64,000 nucleotides of DNA from Gammaproteobacteria bacterium. Its GTDB lineage: Bacteria; Pseudomonadota; Gammaproteobacteria; Steroidobacterales; UBA11654. How positions within the stretch are numbered: the stretch's first letter is position 1; each line of letters opens with the position of its first letter. The notes beneath the pieces were generated by a model. The model did not search any database and was not told where the DNA came from. It worked only from the letters and a program-made list of their open reading frames with translations. Below are positions 9,435 to 21,695 of the stretch, piece after piece. The stretch lies in assembly GCA_029941465.1 (NCBI GenBank), contig JAPYQN010000001.1:65708-129707 (forward strand), read 5' to 3'. The translations under genes were made by a program, and so were the position numbers.

Positions 9435-12400
9435 ACGAAAAGACATAGAATCAATTCTCATAATCGGAGCAGGTCCTATAATTATTGGTCAAGCATGTGA
9501 ATTTGACTACTCAGGGACACAGGCTTGTAAAGCCCTTAAAGAGGAAGGCTATCGAGTAATTTTAGTAAACTCTAATCCAGCAACAATTATGACTGACCAA
9601 GACAGTGCTGACTCAACTTACATCGAACCGATTAATTGGAAAACAATTGAGAAAATTATAATAAATGAAAAACCAAATGCTCTTTTGCCTACTATGGGAG
9701 GTCAAACAGGCTTGAATACAGCTCTTGATCTAGCATCTAGAGGTATCTTAGAAGAACATAACGTAGAACTTATAGGTGCATCTAAAAAAGCTATAGATAC
9801 AGCTGAAGATAGAGAATTATTCAAACAAGCCATGCAAGATATAAACATTGATGTCGCTAAATCAGGATTAGCTAATAATCTTAATGAAGCATTAGAAATA
9901 GCAGTATTATTAAAATATCCAGTGATCATTAGACCCTCATTTACACTTGGCGGGAGTGGCGGCGGCGTTGCTAATGATGAAAATGAGTTCACAACTATTG
10001 TTAATAGAGGATTAGAACTATCACCAACCAATGAAGTGTTGATAGAAGAATCGTTATTGGGGTGGAAAGAATATGAAATGGAAGTTGTCAGAGATAAAAA
10101 TGATAACGCTATTATCATTTGTTCTATAGAAAATGTAGATCCTATGGGTGTTCACACAGGAGATTCGATAACAGTTGTCCCTGCTCAAACGTTAACCGAT
10201 AAAGAATTTCAAATTATGCGAAATCACTCAATCGCAATACTTAGAAAGATAGGTGTAGATACCGGTGGATCAAATGTTCAATTTGCAGTGAATCCTGAAA
10301 ACGGGAAAATGATTGTCATTGAAATGAATCCAAGAGTCTCTCGATCATCAGCATTAGCTTCCAAGGCAACAGGTTTTCCAATTGCTAAAATTGCTGCAAA
10401 ATTAGCTATTGGATTCACATTAGATGAATTAAAAAACGATATTACAGGTGGTTCAACTCCAGCATCTTTTGAACCTACTATTGACTATGTTGTTACAAAA
10501 ATACCAAAATTTGCTTTTGAAAAGTTTCCAAAAGCAAATTCAACATTAACAACACAAATGAAATCTGTTGGTGAAGCAATGGCTATTGGTAGAAATTTTC
10601 AAGAATCTTTACAAAAAGCCATAAGAAGCTTGGAATCAAACCATGACGGTTTTACAGATATGGAAGTTGGGAATAACTTTGAGGAAATGGTTCAAAGACC
10701 AAGTCCTGAGCGTTTATTTTACATAGGGCAAGCCTTCAGGGAGGGTTACTCAATAAATGAAGTCTATAACCTTACGAAAATTGATCCTTGGTTTCTTTCC
10801 TATATTAAAGAAATTATCGATTTAGAAACAGAAATAAAAAAACGAACCATTGATACTTTAGATAAAGATTTTCTAAGAGAATTGAAAAAAAAGGGATTCT
10901 CAGATTCAAGAATAGCAAACCTATGTTCAACTAATGAGCACGAAGTATATAAAAAAAGAATAGAAGTTGATCTCAAACCAGTCTTCAAAAGAGTAGACAC
11001 ATGTGCTGGTGAATTTGAAACTTCCACTGCTTACCTTTATTCAACTTATGATGATGAGTGTGAATCAAGACCAACGACTAACAAAAAAATTATAATTCTA
11101 GGCAGTGGCCCTAACAGAATTGGTCAGGGTATCGAATTTGATTATTGCTGTGTACATGCTGCCATGGCAGTTTCAGAAGCAGGGTATGAATCAATCATGA
11201 TCAATTGTAACCCTGAAACTGTCTCAACTGACTATGACACCTCAGATAGACTTTATTTTGAACCTTTAACATTTGAAGACGTAATGGCAATTATTGATGT
11301 TGAACAACCTGAAGGAATTATTGTTCAATTTGGAGGGCAAACACCCTTAAAACTTGCAAAATCGCTTCAATTAGCTGGTGCTCCAATTATAGGTACGCAA
11401 CCTTCATCTATCGATATTGCAGAGGATAGAGAATTATTTAAAGAGCTTGTTAACGAACTAAATCTTAGACAGCCTTACAATGAAGTGGCAACTAATTTAG
11501 AACAAGCACTGACTAATGCAAAAAAAGTAGAATACCCATTGGTTGTAAGACCTTCTTATGTTTTAGGTGGTCGGGCAATGGAAATAGTATATAACGATGA
11601 AGAATTAGCAACCTACATGAGAGAAGCCGTTAAGGTATCAAATAAATCACCGGTGTTATTGGATCACTTTCTAAATAAAGCCATTGAAGTTGATGTTGAC
11701 GCTGTCTCAGACGGTGAAGATGTTCTAATTGGTGGAATTATGGAACATATAGAACAAGCTGGCGTTCATTCAGGAGATTCATCCTGTTCAATACCAGCAT
11801 TTAGCCTCTCGGATAGCTTGCAAGATGAGCTAGTCAGCCAAATGATTCAATTTACAAAAAAACTGAACGTTATTGGTCTTGTTAATGCACAATTTGCTAT
11901 AAGAAAGAATAAAATATTTATTTTGGAAGTAAACCCAAGGGCTTCAAGAACTGTCCCCTTTGTTTCCAAAGCAACAGGTAACCAATTAGCTAAAATAGCA
12001 GCCAGAACAATGATCGGCATTCCCCTTAAAGAACAACAAATTAATCATTCATATAAACCTAGTTTTTTTTCAGTAAAAGGACCCGTCTTTCCATTCAACA
12101 AATTTCCAGATGCTGATCCTATACTAGGACCTGAAATGAAATCTACTGGTGAAGTAATGGGCATAGGAGAAACTTTTGGTGAAGCATATATTAAATCTCA
12201 ATACGCAGCTGGAGTTGTGATTCCTGACCGGGGTAATGTGTTTATTTCAGTTAGAGAACCTGACAAAACCAATAAATTGATACTAGTGGCTGATTTCCTA
12301 ACTCAGAATAATTTTGAAATAATTGCAACCAAAGGAACCTCAGAATTTCTAAAAAATAATGGAATAAAGTGTGCTTATATCAATAAAGTTCATGAAGGTC

Positions 12401-12615
12401 AGCCTCATATTGTCGATCTTATTAAAAGTAAGAAGATTGACTTAATTATAAATACCACAGAGGGTAAGCAATCAATAGAAGAATCTTTTTCAATTCGTGC
12501 AGAAGCAGTTATTGCTAATATCACCTATTACACAAGCTTAGAAGCTGCAGCGGCAACTATAGAGTCATTTGATTTTCTTGACACAATAACTGTAAATAAA
12601 TTACAGAACCTTTAG
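9427..12615 (+). CDS. carB: Carbamoyl-phosphate synthase large subunit
   Basis: 1062 aa with duplicated ATP-grasp halves ([17 protein letters not shown].. and [16 protein letters not shown]..) and a C-terminal MGS-like domain. It overlaps carA by 8 nt. Confidence 0.97.
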   Translation: MPKRKDIESILIIGAGPIIIGQACEFDYSGTQACKALKEEGYRVILVNSNPATIMTDQDSADSTYIEPINWKTIEKIIINEKPNALLPTMGGQTGLNTALDLASRGILEEHNVELIGASKKAIDTAEDRELFKQAMQDINIDVAKSGLANNLNEALEIAVLLKYPVIIRPSFTLGGSGGGVANDENEFTTIVNRGLELSPTNEVLIEESLLGWKEYEMEVVRDKNDNAIIICSIENVDPMGVHTGDSITVVPAQTLTDKEFQIMRNHSIAILRKIGVDTGGSNVQFAVNPENGKMIVIEMNPRVSRSSALASKATGFPIAKIAAKLAIGFTLDELKNDITGGSTPASFEPTIDYVVTKIPKFAFEKFPKANSTLTTQMKSVGEAMAIGRNFQESLQKAIRSLESNHDGFTDMEVGNNFEEMVQRPSPERLFYIGQAFREGYSINEVYNLTKIDPWFLSYIKEIIDLETEIKKRTIDTLDKDFLRELKKKGFSDSRIANLCSTNEHEVYKKRIEVDLKPVFKRVDTCAGEFETSTAYLYSTYDDECESRPTTNKKIIILGSGPNRIGQGIEFDYCCVHAAMAVSEAGYESIMINCNPETVSTDYDTSDRLYFEPLTFEDVMAIIDVEQPEGIIVQFGGQTPLKLAKSLQLAGAPIIGTQPSSIDIAEDRELFKELVNELNLRQPYNEVATNLEQALTNAKKVEYPLVVRPSYVLGGRAMEIVYNDEELATYMREAVKVSNKSPVLLDHFLNKAIEVDVDAVSDGEDVLIGGIMEHIEQAGVHSGDSSCSIPAFSLSDSLQDELVSQMIQFTKKLNVIGLVNAQFAIRKNKIFILEVNPRASRTVPFVSKATGNQLAKIAARTMIGIPLKEQQINHSYKPSFFSVKGPVFPFNKFPDADPILGPEMKSTGEVMGIGETFGEAYIKSQYAAGVVIPDRGNVFISVREPDKTNKLILVADFLTQNNFEIIATKGTSEFLKNNGIKCAYINKVHEGQPHIVDLIKSKKIDLIINTTEGKQSIEESFSIRAEAVIANITYYTSLEAAAATIESFDFLDTITVNKLQNL

Positions 12616-12625
12616 AATTAACCTA

Positions 12626-13102
12626 ATGGATAAACACGTAATGACAGTTAAAGGTCAAGATTTACTTCGCAAAGAATTAAAAGCTCTTAAATCTAAAGAT
12701 AGACCTGAAATAATTATAGCTATTGCTACAGCAAGAGAGTTTGGTGATCTTAAAGAAAATGCTGAATACCATGCAGCTAAAGAACGGCAAAGTTTTATAG
12801 AAGGAAGAATTAATGAAATTGAATCAAAATTATCTACTGCTGAAATAATCGATATAACAAAATTAAACGTCTCTGGAAAGATTGTCTTTGGGTCAACAGT
12901 TACTATTATTGATCTAGATAACGACCAAGAAATTAAATATAAAATTGTAGGGGAAGACGAAGCAAATATTGATGAGGGACTTATATCTTATAAAGCACCA
13001 TTGTCAAGATCACTAATTAGTAAGTCAATAGACGATCTAGTTGAATTATCAATTGGTGATGAAACACAGTCATTTCAAATTATAAATATCCAGTACACTT
13101 AA
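12626..13102 (+). CDS. greA: Transcription elongation factor GreA
   Basis: 158 aa with the motif [20 protein letters not shown]. Confidence 0.94.
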   Translation: MDKHVMTVKGQDLLRKELKALKSKDRPEIIIAIATAREFGDLKENAEYHAAKERQSFIEGRINEIESKLSTAEIIDITKLNVSGKIVFGSTVTIIDLDNDQEIKYKIVGEDEANIDEGLISYKAPLSRSLISKSIDDLVELSIGDETQSFQIINIQYT

Positions 13103-13114
13103 AAGTTTTCCAAA

Positions 13115-13729
13115 ATGTCTAGTCAACACTGGCGAAGAAATCAATCCAAAGATAAGTTTTTTAGTGAATCTAGGAAATTAGGTTATCGTTCAAGATCAGT
13201 CTTTAAATTAGATGAAATAAATAGAAAATATAAAATTCTTAAGAAACCAAAATCTATTCTTGATTTAGGTTCTGCACCAGGTGGTTGGTCAAATTATGCT
13301 TTTGAAAAAACAAAACTAAAACACATTGTTGCTAATGATATTGAGCCTATGAAACCAATTCCTGGTGTTCACTTTATCCTGGGTGATTTCACTAGTGAAT
13401 CTATTCAGGAGGAAATACTCAAAGTCAATAAGAGTAAATTTGACCTCATATTGTCAGACATTTCGAACAATAAAACTGGAAATAATATAACCGACCAGTT
13501 CTCCTTTTATGAAATTGCAAAAAATGTACTTGAATTTTCGAAAATTGGTCTTACATCTAGTGGTGTATTAGTAATTAAAATATTTATTGGCCTTGGATTT
13601 GAAGAATTTAAAAAAGACATGGATCAAACGTTTAAAAACGTTAATATCTTCAAACCCAATGCTTCAAGACCTGAAAGTAAAGAAACGTACGCGATAGGAA
13701 CAAAGATTAGGTATACTCAAAATATATGA
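13115..13729 (+). CDS. rlmE: 23S rRNA (uridine2552-2'-O)-methyltransferase RlmE/FtsJ
   Basis: [13 protein letters not shown] and the SAM motif [10 protein letters not shown] are present. It lies directly upstream of ftsH with an ATGA overlap. Confidence 0.92.
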   Translation: MSSQHWRRNQSKDKFFSESRKLGYRSRSVFKLDEINRKYKILKKPKSILDLGSAPGGWSNYAFEKTKLKHIVANDIEPMKPIPGVHFILGDFTSESIQEEILKVNKSKFDLILSDISNNKTGNNITDQFSFYEIAKNVLEFSKIGLTSSGVLVIKIFIGLGFEEFKKDMDQTFKNVNIFKPNASRPESKETYAIGTKIRYTQNI

Positions 13730-15627
13730 ATAACTTTTTTAAAAACGCCATGGTTTGGATTGTAATAGGGATTGTAATGTTAACCCTGTTTCAGTCTTTT
13801 TCACCAAATTCTATTAGACAAAAAACAATCGATTACTCATCTTTTCTTGAATTAGTAAAAACTGGAAATATCAGTGAAGTTGTATTTGAAGATGATTTAA
13901 TTAAAGCCGTAAGGATTAATGGAGAGAAATTTTTAACCTACAGCCCTGAAACCGACAATACTGCACTTATAGGTGAACTAAATAAATCAGGAGTGAGAAT
14001 TAGTGCAACACCACCAAAAAGTCCAAATATCCTAGTTAGCCTATTGATCAATTCTTTTCCAATTATCCTTCTTATTGGTGTATGGATTTATTTTATGCGA
14101 CAAATGCAAGGCGGGATAGGTGGAGGAAAAGGTGCTATGTCCTTTGGTAAAAGTAAAGCAAGACTCTTAGGTGAAAATCAAATTGATGTTACTTTTGCAG
14201 ATGTAGCAGGTATCGAGGAAGCCAAAGAGGAAGTAATGGAAATAGTGGAATTTTTAAAAGACCCATCAAAGTTTCAAAAACTTGGTGGTAAAATTCCTAA
14301 AGGTGTTTTAATGGTTGGCTCCCCAGGTACAGGAAAAACACTATTAGCTAGAGCAATTGCTGGAGAAGCAAAGGTTCCTTTTTTTACAATATCAGGATCT
14401 GACTTTGTGGAAATGTTTGTTGGTGTTGGAGCTTCTAGAGTTAGAGATATGTTTCAAGAAGGAAAATCACACTCACCATGCATTATATTTATTGATGAAA
14501 TAGATGCTGTAGGAAGACAACGTGGAGCAGGCCTTGGAGGAGGTCATGATGAACGAGAACAAACTCTAAATCAGTTACTGGTGGAAATGGATGGTTTCGA
14601 AGACAATGCAGGCGTAATAGTAATTGCAGCTACAAATAGACCTGATGTATTGGATTCTGCACTCCTTAGACCTGGTCGTTTTGATAGGCAAGTTGTTGTC
14701 CCTCTCCCAGATGTAAAAGGCAGAGAACAAATTCTGAAAGTTCATATGAGAGAAGTCCCCCTGGATAAAGATGTAAAACCTTCAATCATTGCTAGAGGTA
14801 CCCCTGGTTTTTCAGGAGCTGACTTAGCTAATTTAGTTAATGAATCAGCACTTCTTGCTGCGAGGGCAAATAAAGAATATGTGAATATGGATGATCTTGA
14901 TAAAGCAAAAGACAAAATCATGATGGGCACTGAACGTAAATCTTTAATAATGAGTGAAGATGAAAGAAAATTGACTGCTTATCATGAAGCAGGTCATGCT
15001 ATTGTTGGTTTATCAATTGATGGGCATGACCCCGTTTATAAAGTAACAATTATTCCCAGAGGTACAGCATTAGGTGTCACTATGTTTCTTCCAGAAGATG
15101 ACCGCTATAGTATGAGCAAACAACGTTTATTGGGACAAATTACTAGTCTGTTCGGAGGCAGGGTTGCAGAAGAAATTATTTTTGGTAAAGAAGCAGTTAC
15201 TACTGGTGCATCAAATGATATCGAAAGAGCCACAGAAATTGCCCGAAACATGGTTACTAAATGGGGTTTATCAGAAAAATTAGGGCCTTTAACTTACAGT
15301 GAAGAAGAGGGTGAAGTTTTCCTTGGTCGGTCTGTTACTCAAACAAAACAAGTGTCAGATGTAACAGCTAAACTAATAGATGATGAAATCCGGAAAATTA
15401 TTGATCAAACATATGAAAAAGCGACAAGCATTATTAATAAACAAATTCACCGTCTTCATAAAATGGCTGAAACACTCATTAAATACGAAACGATTGATAG
15501 CAATCAATTAAAAGATATTATGGATGATAAAGAACCAAGACCACCTGAAGATTGGGATTCTAATGATGATTCATCTGACAACACTACGCCAACTTCTGAC
15601 ATTGGTGGACCAGCCACCGAACACTAA
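13726..15627 (+). CDS. ftsH: ATP-dependent zinc metalloprotease FtsH
   Basis: Two N-terminal transmembrane segments, Walker A GSPGTGKT, the SRH region, and the zinc motif HEAGHA. Confidence 0.97.
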   Translation: MNNFFKNAMVWIVIGIVMLTLFQSFSPNSIRQKTIDYSSFLELVKTGNISEVVFEDDLIKAVRINGEKFLTYSPETDNTALIGELNKSGVRISATPPKSPNILVSLLINSFPIILLIGVWIYFMRQMQGGIGGGKGAMSFGKSKARLLGENQIDVTFADVAGIEEAKEEVMEIVEFLKDPSKFQKLGGKIPKGVLMVGSPGTGKTLLARAIAGEAKVPFFTISGSDFVEMFVGVGASRVRDMFQEGKSHSPCIIFIDEIDAVGRQRGAGLGGGHDEREQTLNQLLVEMDGFEDNAGVIVIAATNRPDVLDSALLRPGRFDRQVVVPLPDVKGREQILKVHMREVPLDKDVKPSIIARGTPGFSGADLANLVNESALLAARANKEYVNMDDLDKAKDKIMMGTERKSLIMSEDERKLTAYHEAGHAIVGLSIDGHDPVYKVTIIPRGTALGVTMFLPEDDRYSMSKQRLLGQITSLFGGRVAEEIIFGKEAVTTGASNDIERATEIARNMVTKWGLSEKLGPLTYSEEEGEVFLGRSVTQTKQVSDVTAKLIDDEIRKIIDQTYEKATSIINKQIHRLHKMAETLIKYETIDSNQLKDIMDDKEPRPPEDWDSNDDSSDNTTPTSDIGGPATEH

Positions 15628-15725
15628 TAAATTAGTCATTTATCTTTTTACAAATAGCATAAAAATTAGCTAAATAGCCACTAATAGCTATAGAATGGTC
15701 GATTCTCTAATTAGAGAGACGAATT

Positions 15726-17042
15726 ATGAATGAAAATAATAAAATATTTGGAACTGATGGGATCAGAGGCAGAGTAGGGGAACACCCTATGACTGTAGAT
15801 TTTACTATGAGATTAGCGTCTGCAATTGCTTCAACATTAACACCAAATGGTGGACAAGTTGCAATTGGTAAAGACACTAGAATTTCAGGATATATGTTTG
15901 AATCAGCATTAGAATCTGCATTTGTTGCTTACGGACTAAAAGTAATCTTGTTAGGGCCTCTGCCATCTCCAGCAATATCTCATTATGTAAGAGAGTCAGA
16001 TACTAATTTTGGTGTTGTTATTAGTGCTTCACATAATTCTTATGAATACAATGGGATTAAAATTATTAACCAAAATGGTGAAAAGATAGCTTCATCACTT
16101 GAAAACATAATTGAGTCCAAACTTAGTGAGAACCCTATAACTAAAACAGCTAATATGATTGGTAAAGCCTATCGTTCTGCTGATTCTAGAGATAAATACA
16201 AAGAACTTCTCTTTAAGGTTTTTAACGAGGACACTCAACCTCTTAAAGGATTAAAAATAGTGGTAGATGCATCTAATGGTGCAGCCTATAAAATAGCTCC
16301 TCAAATTTTGCTTGAGCTTGGAGCAGAGGTTATACCTATAGCCTGTTCACCTAATGGATATAACATCAACAAAAATTGTGGTTCCACATTCCCAGAAACA
16401 ATTAAAAACACTGTTAAAGCTACAAATTCTGATCTAGGAATAGCACTTGATGGTGATGCTGACAGAATATTAATTATCGATGAACAAGGAGAAATATTAG
16501 ATGGGGATCAGATTCTTTTCATCTTAACTATTGCAAACATTGATAACCCATCGTTTAATTCCAAAGTAGTAGGAACAGTAATGACTAATTCAGGATTAGA
16601 TAAATCATTAAATAAGAAAAATATAGAATTACTTAGATCTGATGTAGGGGATAAGAACGTTTATAAAATGATGCAATCAACAGGATCTATTATTGGAGGA
16701 GAAACATCTGGTCATATAATTAATCTTGAATATTTACCAACTGGTGATGGGTTATTAACAGCACTTATTATAATTAAAGAATCATTAAATAAAAAACTTG
16801 TTATAAGTGAACTGATAAGGGAGCTAACGTTAGTAAAACAACAAAATATTAATCTAGATATTCAAAATATTGAAACAAAAAATATTGAAGCGTTTCAAGC
16901 TAAAGCATCAAAACTAATTGATGATGGCCGAGTGATTATTAGAAAATCTGGAACTGAGCCATTAATCAGAATTCTTATTGAGTCTGAAAATGAAGACATA
17001 ATTAAACAAGTTAATGATCTGATCAAAGAAATAAGTAAATAA
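15726..17042 (+). CDS. glmM: Phosphoglucosamine mutase
   Basis: FGTDGIRG at the N-terminus, the phosphoserine loop SASHNSYEYNGIK, DGDADR, and GGETSGH. Confidence 0.93.
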   Translation: MNENNKIFGTDGIRGRVGEHPMTVDFTMRLASAIASTLTPNGGQVAIGKDTRISGYMFESALESAFVAYGLKVILLGPLPSPAISHYVRESDTNFGVVISASHNSYEYNGIKIINQNGEKIASSLENIIESKLSENPITKTANMIGKAYRSADSRDKYKELLFKVFNEDTQPLKGLKIVVDASNGAAYKIAPQILLELGAEVIPIACSPNGYNINKNCGSTFPETIKNTVKATNSDLGIALDGDADRILIIDEQGEILDGDQILFILTIANIDNPSFNSKVVGTVMTNSGLDKSLNKKNIELLRSDVGDKNVYKMMQSTGSIIGGETSGHIINLEYLPTGDGLLTALIIIKESLNKKLVISELIRELTLVKQQNINLDIQNIETKNIEAFQAKASKLIDDGRVIIRKSGTEPLIRILIESENEDIIKQVNDLIKEISK

Positions 17043-17043
17043 C

Positions 17044-17799
17044 ATGAATAAATACTTTATATCAGCTAATTGGAAAATGAACGGTTCTAAGGAATTTACT
17101 AGAACTTTTTTTGCTTCAATGAATGAGGATATAGATGAAGATGTAAAAATCATTATTTGTCCTGCTGATTGCTACTTAAATACAGTAGATGCAATGGCAC
17201 CAAAGAATGTAATCAGGGGGGCACAAAATATTTCGTTTAACACTGATGGCGCCTATACAGGCGAAGTATCAGCATCCATGCTAAAAGATCTTAATGTTGA
17301 ATATGTAATTATAGGTCATTCTGAACGTCGAGATTATCACGTTGAAACTAACGAAATTATTAGAAAAAAATTTAACACGGCTGTATCAGCTAACTTAAAG
17401 CCTATATTGTGTGTTGGTGAATCGTTAGATCAACGACAAAAAGAAGAAACTTTTAACCATATAGAAAATCAAATCTTATCAGTTATAAATAAAGAAATTT
17501 TAAGTAACCATCCGTTTTTGATTGCTTATGAACCAATATGGGCAATAGGTACTGGTGAAACTGCAACGCCTGAAATTGCAAATGAAGTTCATAGTTTCAT
17601 TCATGGAACTCTAGATAAAATAGATTCTATTCAAAGTAAAAAAATAGCTATAATCTATGGCGGAAGTGTAAACAGTAATAACGCTTATGATTTATTTAAA
17701 ATGAGTCATATCAATGGTGCATTAATTGGAGGATCATCTTTGGACGCAAATGAGTTTAATAAGATTTATAAAATTGCTAAGGAAATAAATAATGAATAA
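17044..17799 (+). CDS. tpiA: Triose-phosphate isomerase
   Basis: NWKMNG, IGHSERR and AYEPIWAIGTG motifs are present. Confidence 0.94.
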   Translation: MNKYFISANWKMNGSKEFTRTFFASMNEDIDEDVKIIICPADCYLNTVDAMAPKNVIRGAQNISFNTDGAYTGEVSASMLKDLNVEYVIIGHSERRDYHVETNEIIRKKFNTAVSANLKPILCVGESLDQRQKEETFNHIENQILSVINKEILSNHPFLIAYEPIWAIGTGETATPEIANEVHSFIHGTLDKIDSIQSKKIAIIYGGSVNSNNAYDLFKMSHINGALIGGSSLDANEFNKIYKIAKEINNE

Positions 17800-18130
17800 C
17801 ATCAATTCTTTGCTGCTTAGTTTCCATGTGGTAACAGCCATCTTAATAGTTGTATTAATACTTTTGCAAAAAGGTAAGGGAGCTGACATGGGAGCTGCAT
17901 TTGGTGCAGGAGCCTCAGGCACGTTATTTGGGTCCAAAGGTTCAGCAAATTTCTTATCAAGATCAACGGCCGTATTAGCTGCCATCTTCTTTATTACAAG
18001 TTTAACACTTGCCTATCTTAATAAAGGTAGCGTACAAACAAATAGTATCCTAGATAATATTAATCCAGTAACAATCGAAGAAATTAATGAAGTTACAAAT
18101 ATAGCGACTCCTCAAATTCCCGAAGATTAG
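17792..18130 (+). CDS. secG: Preprotein translocase subunit SecG
   Basis: 112 aa with two transmembrane segments flanking the Gly-rich loop QKGKGADMGAAFGAGASGTLFG. It is followed by tRNA-Leu, as in E. coli secG-leuU. Confidence 0.88.
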   Translation: MNNINSLLLSFHVVTAILIVVLILLQKGKGADMGAAFGAGASGTLFGSKGSANFLSRSTAVLAAIFFITSLTLAYLNKGSVQTNSILDNINPVTIEEINEVTNIATPQIPED

Positions 18131-18142
18131 ATTATAAAAAGA

Positions 18143-18225
18143 GCCGATGTGGTGGAATCTGGTAGACACGCTGTCTTGAGGGGGCAGTAGCGAAAGCTGT
18201 GCCGGTTCGAGTCCGGCCATCGGCA
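18143..18225 (+). tRNA. leuU: tRNA-Leu (anticodon GAG), class II with long variable arm; no encoded CCA
   Basis: The acceptor GCCGATG pairs with CATCGGC, followed by discriminator A. The anticodon arm is CTGTC-TTGAGGG-GGCAG (anticodon GAG). The T arm is GCCGG-TTCGAGT-CCGGC. The sequence after the discriminator is TAA, so CCA is not encoded. Confidence 0.9.
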
Positions 18226-18455
18226 TAATCTAAAATAATCAATAATCTACCCACGTAAATCAATGAATAATATAAACATTATTTGCAACATATTTTTATA
18301 CACATGATATTCACATATATTAATAATATATAATAATTACTTAATTTATTTTAATCCTAAGTATTTGAATACGTTAGGCATTTTATTTTTAATAAAAGCT
18401 GATACAATACACTCGTTTTTTGAGAAATAAACTTGGTACTGTTCGGATTAACACT

Positions 18456-18812
18456 ATGTTAGAGAATTATCTGCCAATTATAATCTTTATTGGAGTAGCT
18501 GCCTTCCTTGGTGCTTTGCTGCTTCTTTTAGGCTTCCTTTTCGGTAAAGGAAATAAATCAAAAGCTAAGCTATCGCCATATGAATGTGGTTTCGAAGAAT
18601 TTGAAGATGCTAGAATTCCGTTCGATGTACGATACTATCTGGTTGCAATCCTATTTATTATCTTTGACTTAGAAATTGCATTTCTATTTCCTTGGGCTAT
18701 TGCACTTAAACAAATTGGAATGACTGGCCTAATTGCTATGATCATTTTTCTATTGGTGTTAGTGATTGGCTTTATCTATGAATGGAATAAAGGTGCACTT
18801 GAATGGGATTAA
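18456..18812 (+). CDS. nuoA: NADH-quinone oxidoreductase subunit A
   Basis: I trimmed to ATG 18456 ([15 protein letters not shown]..); the track's upstream TTG extension is implausible. It has three transmembrane segments and the YECGFE motif. Confidence 0.9.
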   Translation: MLENYLPIIIFIGVAAFLGALLLLLGFLFGKGNKSKAKLSPYECGFEEFEDARIPFDVRYYLVAILFIIFDLEIAFLFPWAIALKQIGMTGLIAMIIFLLVLVIGFIYEWNKGALEWD

Positions 18813-19303
18813 CCGATAAAAACAATGAAATTATTGATCAACAAGGTCCTGGCTTTCTTACCACCTCGGTTGATAAATTAGTTAACTGGGCAAGAACTGG
18901 GTCAATGTGGCCAGTCACCTTAGGGTTAGCATGCTGTGGTATTGAAATGATGCATTCTGCTGCTGCAAGATATGATACTGATCGATTTGGAGTTTTTTAC
19001 CGACCGAGCCCGAGACAATCAGATGTAATGATTGTTGCTGGCACATTAGTCAATAAAATGGCCCCTGCATTAAGGAGGATTTATGATCAAATGGCTGAAC
19101 CTAAATGGGTTATTTCCATGGGTTCTTGTGCTAATGGTGGTGGCTATTATCATCATTCTTATTCAGTAGTTAGAGGCTGTGATCAAATCATACCTGTCGA
19201 CATATACGTTCCAGGTTGTCCACCCACTGCAGAAGCACTAATAAACGGAATTATTGAACTACAGAAAAAAATTAAAGCAGAAGAATCAATTACTAATGGA
19301 TAA
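18803..19303 (+). CDS. nuoB: NADH-quinone oxidoreductase subunit B
   Basis: N2-cluster cysteines are present: [18 protein letters not shown] and VPGCPP. Confidence 0.95.
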   Translation: MGLTDKNNEIIDQQGPGFLTTSVDKLVNWARTGSMWPVTLGLACCGIEMMHSAAARYDTDRFGVFYRPSPRQSDVMIVAGTLVNKMAPALRRIYDQMAEPKWVISMGSCANGGGYYHHSYSVVRGCDQIIPVDIYVPGCPPTAEALINGIIELQKKIKAEESITNG

Positions 19304-19958
19304 GAATTCAAACATTGACATAATTAATAATAAGCTCTCAGATTTTAATGTAGCTTTTTTAGATAATGAACATAATTTAATCTTGCAAATAGATCAGGCA
19401 GATTTTATCAATGTATGTAAAATCCTCAAAACTGATTCAGACCTCGATTACTCAATGTTAATTGATGTTTGTGCAGTAGACTATCTAACTTACGGTGAAG
19501 CTGATTGGACAACTAATGATGCCACAAATTCAGGCTACTCCAGAGCTGTGAAACAAACAATTATCCCTGAAGCTGATGAGACCTTCACTGATCGCTTTGT
19601 TGTGTTCTACCAGTTACTATCTATTTCTTATAACAAACGACTTACTTTAAAAGTCTTTACCACTGAGTCAAATCCTCCCAGTGTTCCATCTATAAATAAA
19701 ATATGGAACTCTGCTAATTGGTTCGAACGTGAAGCCTTTGATTTAATGGGTATCCATTTTAAAGGACACCCTGATTTAAGACGAATTCTCACCGACTATG
19801 GTTTTATTGGGCACCCCTTTAGAAAAGACTTTCCAACCAATGGAAACTTAGAGGTTGTTTATGATGAAGAAGAAGAGCGAGTTATTTATCAACCTGTCAG
19901 CATCAGTACACGCCCAAGTGTTCCTAAAGTAATTAGAGATAAAAATGACAGAAAGTAA
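19296..19958 (+). CDS. nuoC: NADH-quinone oxidoreductase subunit C (separate from NuoD)
   Basis: I trimmed to ATG 19296, which overlaps the nuoB stop (AATGGATAA). [24 protein letters not shown] is present. A stop codon and a separate nuoD start show the two genes are not fused. Confidence 0.9.
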   Translation: MDKNSNIDIINNKLSDFNVAFLDNEHNLILQIDQADFINVCKILKTDSDLDYSMLIDVCAVDYLTYGEADWTTNDATNSGYSRAVKQTIIPEADETFTDRFVVFYQLLSISYNKRLTLKVFTTESNPPSVPSINKIWNSANWFEREAFDLMGIHFKGHPDLRRILTDYGFIGHPFRKDFPTNGNLEVVYDEEEERVIYQPVSISTRPSVPKVIRDKNDRK

Positions 19959-21195
19959 CCTCACTTTAAATTTTGGCCCCCAACACCCAGCAGCTCATGG
20001 TGTTTTAAGATTAATTATGGAACTGGACGGTGAAGTTGTTAAGAACCTTGACCCACATATTGGTCTTCTTCATAGAGGAACTGAAAAACTAGCAGAAATA
20101 AAACCCTATAACCATTCAATTGGTTATATGGACAGGATGGATTATGTGTCCATGATGTGTTGTGAACATCCTTATGTTTTAGCTATCGAAAACCTTTTGG
20201 GTATTACTCCTCCTAAACGTGCCCAATACATTAGAGTAATGTTTGATGAAATTACCCGACTTATGAATCATCTACTGTGGTTGGGATGTCATGGCTTAGA
20301 TATTGGAGCTATGGCTTTATTTCTTTATTGTTTTAGAGAACGAGAAGACCTCTATGATTGTTATGAAGCTGTTTCTGGAGCAAGAATGCATGCCACTTAT
20401 TATAGACCAGGTGGTGTTTACAGGGATCTCCCTGAACAGATGCCTAAATATCAAGCTAATCGATACATCTCTGAAAAAAAAGTTAAACGACTAAATTACA
20501 ATAGAGAAGGGTCTTTATTAGATTTTATAGAAGATTTTACTGATAGGTTTCCTTCACTGGTTGATGAATATGAAACGCTACTCACTGATAATAGAATTTG
20601 GAAACAACGAACAGTTGATATCGGTGTGGTTACACCAGACAGAGCGAAAGATTTAGGTTTCACAGGACCTATGTTAAGAGGTTCAGGCGTCGAATGGGAT
20701 CTCAGACGTAAGCAACCCTATGAGGTTTACGAAGAACTCGATTTCTTAATACCCATTGGTCTAAATGGGGATTGTTATGATCGCTATCTTGTTAGAGTTG
20801 AGGAAATGCGACAATCAAATACTATTATTCAGCAATGTATACAGTGGCTGAGAGATAATCCTGGTCCAGTTATAATTGATGACAATCGTTATGCAAGTCC
20901 AAAACGCTCGGACATGAAGCATGATATGGAATCACTAATCTATCACTTTAAACTTTTTACTGAAGGTTATTCAGTTCCCAAAGGTGAAGTGTACTCTGCA
21001 ATCGAACACCCGAAAGGTGAGTTTGGTGTCTTTTTAATGTCAGATGGCGCCAATAAGCCTTATCGTATGAAAGTTAGGCCGCCAAGTTTTTCTCATCTTG
21101 CAGCAATTGATGAAATGTCTAAAGGCCATATGTTAGCTGATGTAGTTTCAATTATTGGAACACTGGATATTGTCTTTGGAGAAATTGATCGTTAA
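19945..21195 (+). CDS. nuoD: NADH-quinone oxidoreductase subunit D
   Basis: [16 protein letters not shown] and the C-terminal [14 protein letters not shown] are present. Confidence 0.96.
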   Translation: MTESNLTLNFGPQHPAAHGVLRLIMELDGEVVKNLDPHIGLLHRGTEKLAEIKPYNHSIGYMDRMDYVSMMCCEHPYVLAIENLLGITPPKRAQYIRVMFDEITRLMNHLLWLGCHGLDIGAMALFLYCFREREDLYDCYEAVSGARMHATYYRPGGVYRDLPEQMPKYQANRYISEKKVKRLNYNREGSLLDFIEDFTDRFPSLVDEYETLLTDNRIWKQRTVDIGVVTPDRAKDLGFTGPMLRGSGVEWDLRRKQPYEVYEELDFLIPIGLNGDCYDRYLVRVEEMRQSNTIIQQCIQWLRDNPGPVIIDDNRYASPKRSDMKHDMESLIYHFKLFTEGYSVPKGEVYSAIEHPKGEFGVFLMSDGANKPYRMKVRPPSFSHLAAIDEMSKGHMLADVVSIIGTLDIVFGEIDR

Positions 21196-21206
21196 ACGAG
21201 ATTTCT

Positions 21207-21695
21207 ATGTTAAATAGTAAAATAAAAGATGAGATAGATCACTGGATTCATAAATTCCCAGAAGGTAAACAACGATCTGCAATCCTTAGCTCATTGCATG
21301 CTGTTCAGCATCATAACAGAGGTTATTTAACGACTGAGTTAATGAATGACGTGGCTGATTATTTAGACATACCAAAGATACAAGTATTTGAAGTCGCAAC
21401 TTTTTATTCAATGTTCCAAACTAAACCTGTTGGTCAACATGAGATTGCTGTTTGTACAAACATTTCATGCATGCTTAGAGGTTCAGACAATATTCTTCAA
21501 CACATAGAAAAAAGATTAAATATTAAAGCCGGTCAATCCACCATAGACGGTAAAATTTTTCTCAAAAATGAAGAGGAATGTTTAGCCGCATGTACAGGAG
21601 CTCCTATGATGATGCTTGATCATCATTACATCGAAAACCTTGATATCAAAACTGTTGATCAGATATTAAATGATTTGGAGAAAAATAATGACTGA
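21207..21695 (+). CDS. nuoE: NADH-quinone oxidoreductase subunit E
   Basis: 162 aa with 2Fe-2S cysteines in VCTNISCMLRG and CLAACTGAPMM. Confidence 0.93.
   Translation: MLNSKIKDEIDHWIHKFPEGKQRSAILSSLHAVQHHNRGYLTTELMNDVADYLDIPKIQVFEVATFYSMFQTKPVGQHEIAVCTNISCMLRGSDNILQHIEKRLNIKAGQSTIDGKIFLKNEEECLAACTGAPMMMLDHHYIENLDIKTVDQILNDLEKNND

Noticed and set aside
18226-18455. The largest non-coding stretch (230 nt, extremely AT-rich, with TATATATTAATAATATATAATA-like runs), next to a tRNA gene. I considered an integration scar, sRNA or small ORF (for example MNNINIICNIFLYT).
   Set aside because: There is no direct repeat of the tRNA 3' end, no integrase, no Shine-Dalgarno for the 14-codon ORF, and no stable hairpin. 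It is most simply the nuo promoter/regulatory region. Several overlapping -35/-10 candidates exist (TTGAAT at 18365, TACAAT at 18403), but none is convincing enough to report as a feature.
20303-20494. Same-strand nested ORFs in alternative frames: within nuoD (20303-20494), nuoG (23142-23372), infB (35096-35347) and gyrA (48981-49175).
   Set aside because: They are short (63-83 aa) and lie entirely inside strongly supported genes. They have no start context or recognisable motifs, and their composition simply reflects the host gene read out of frame.
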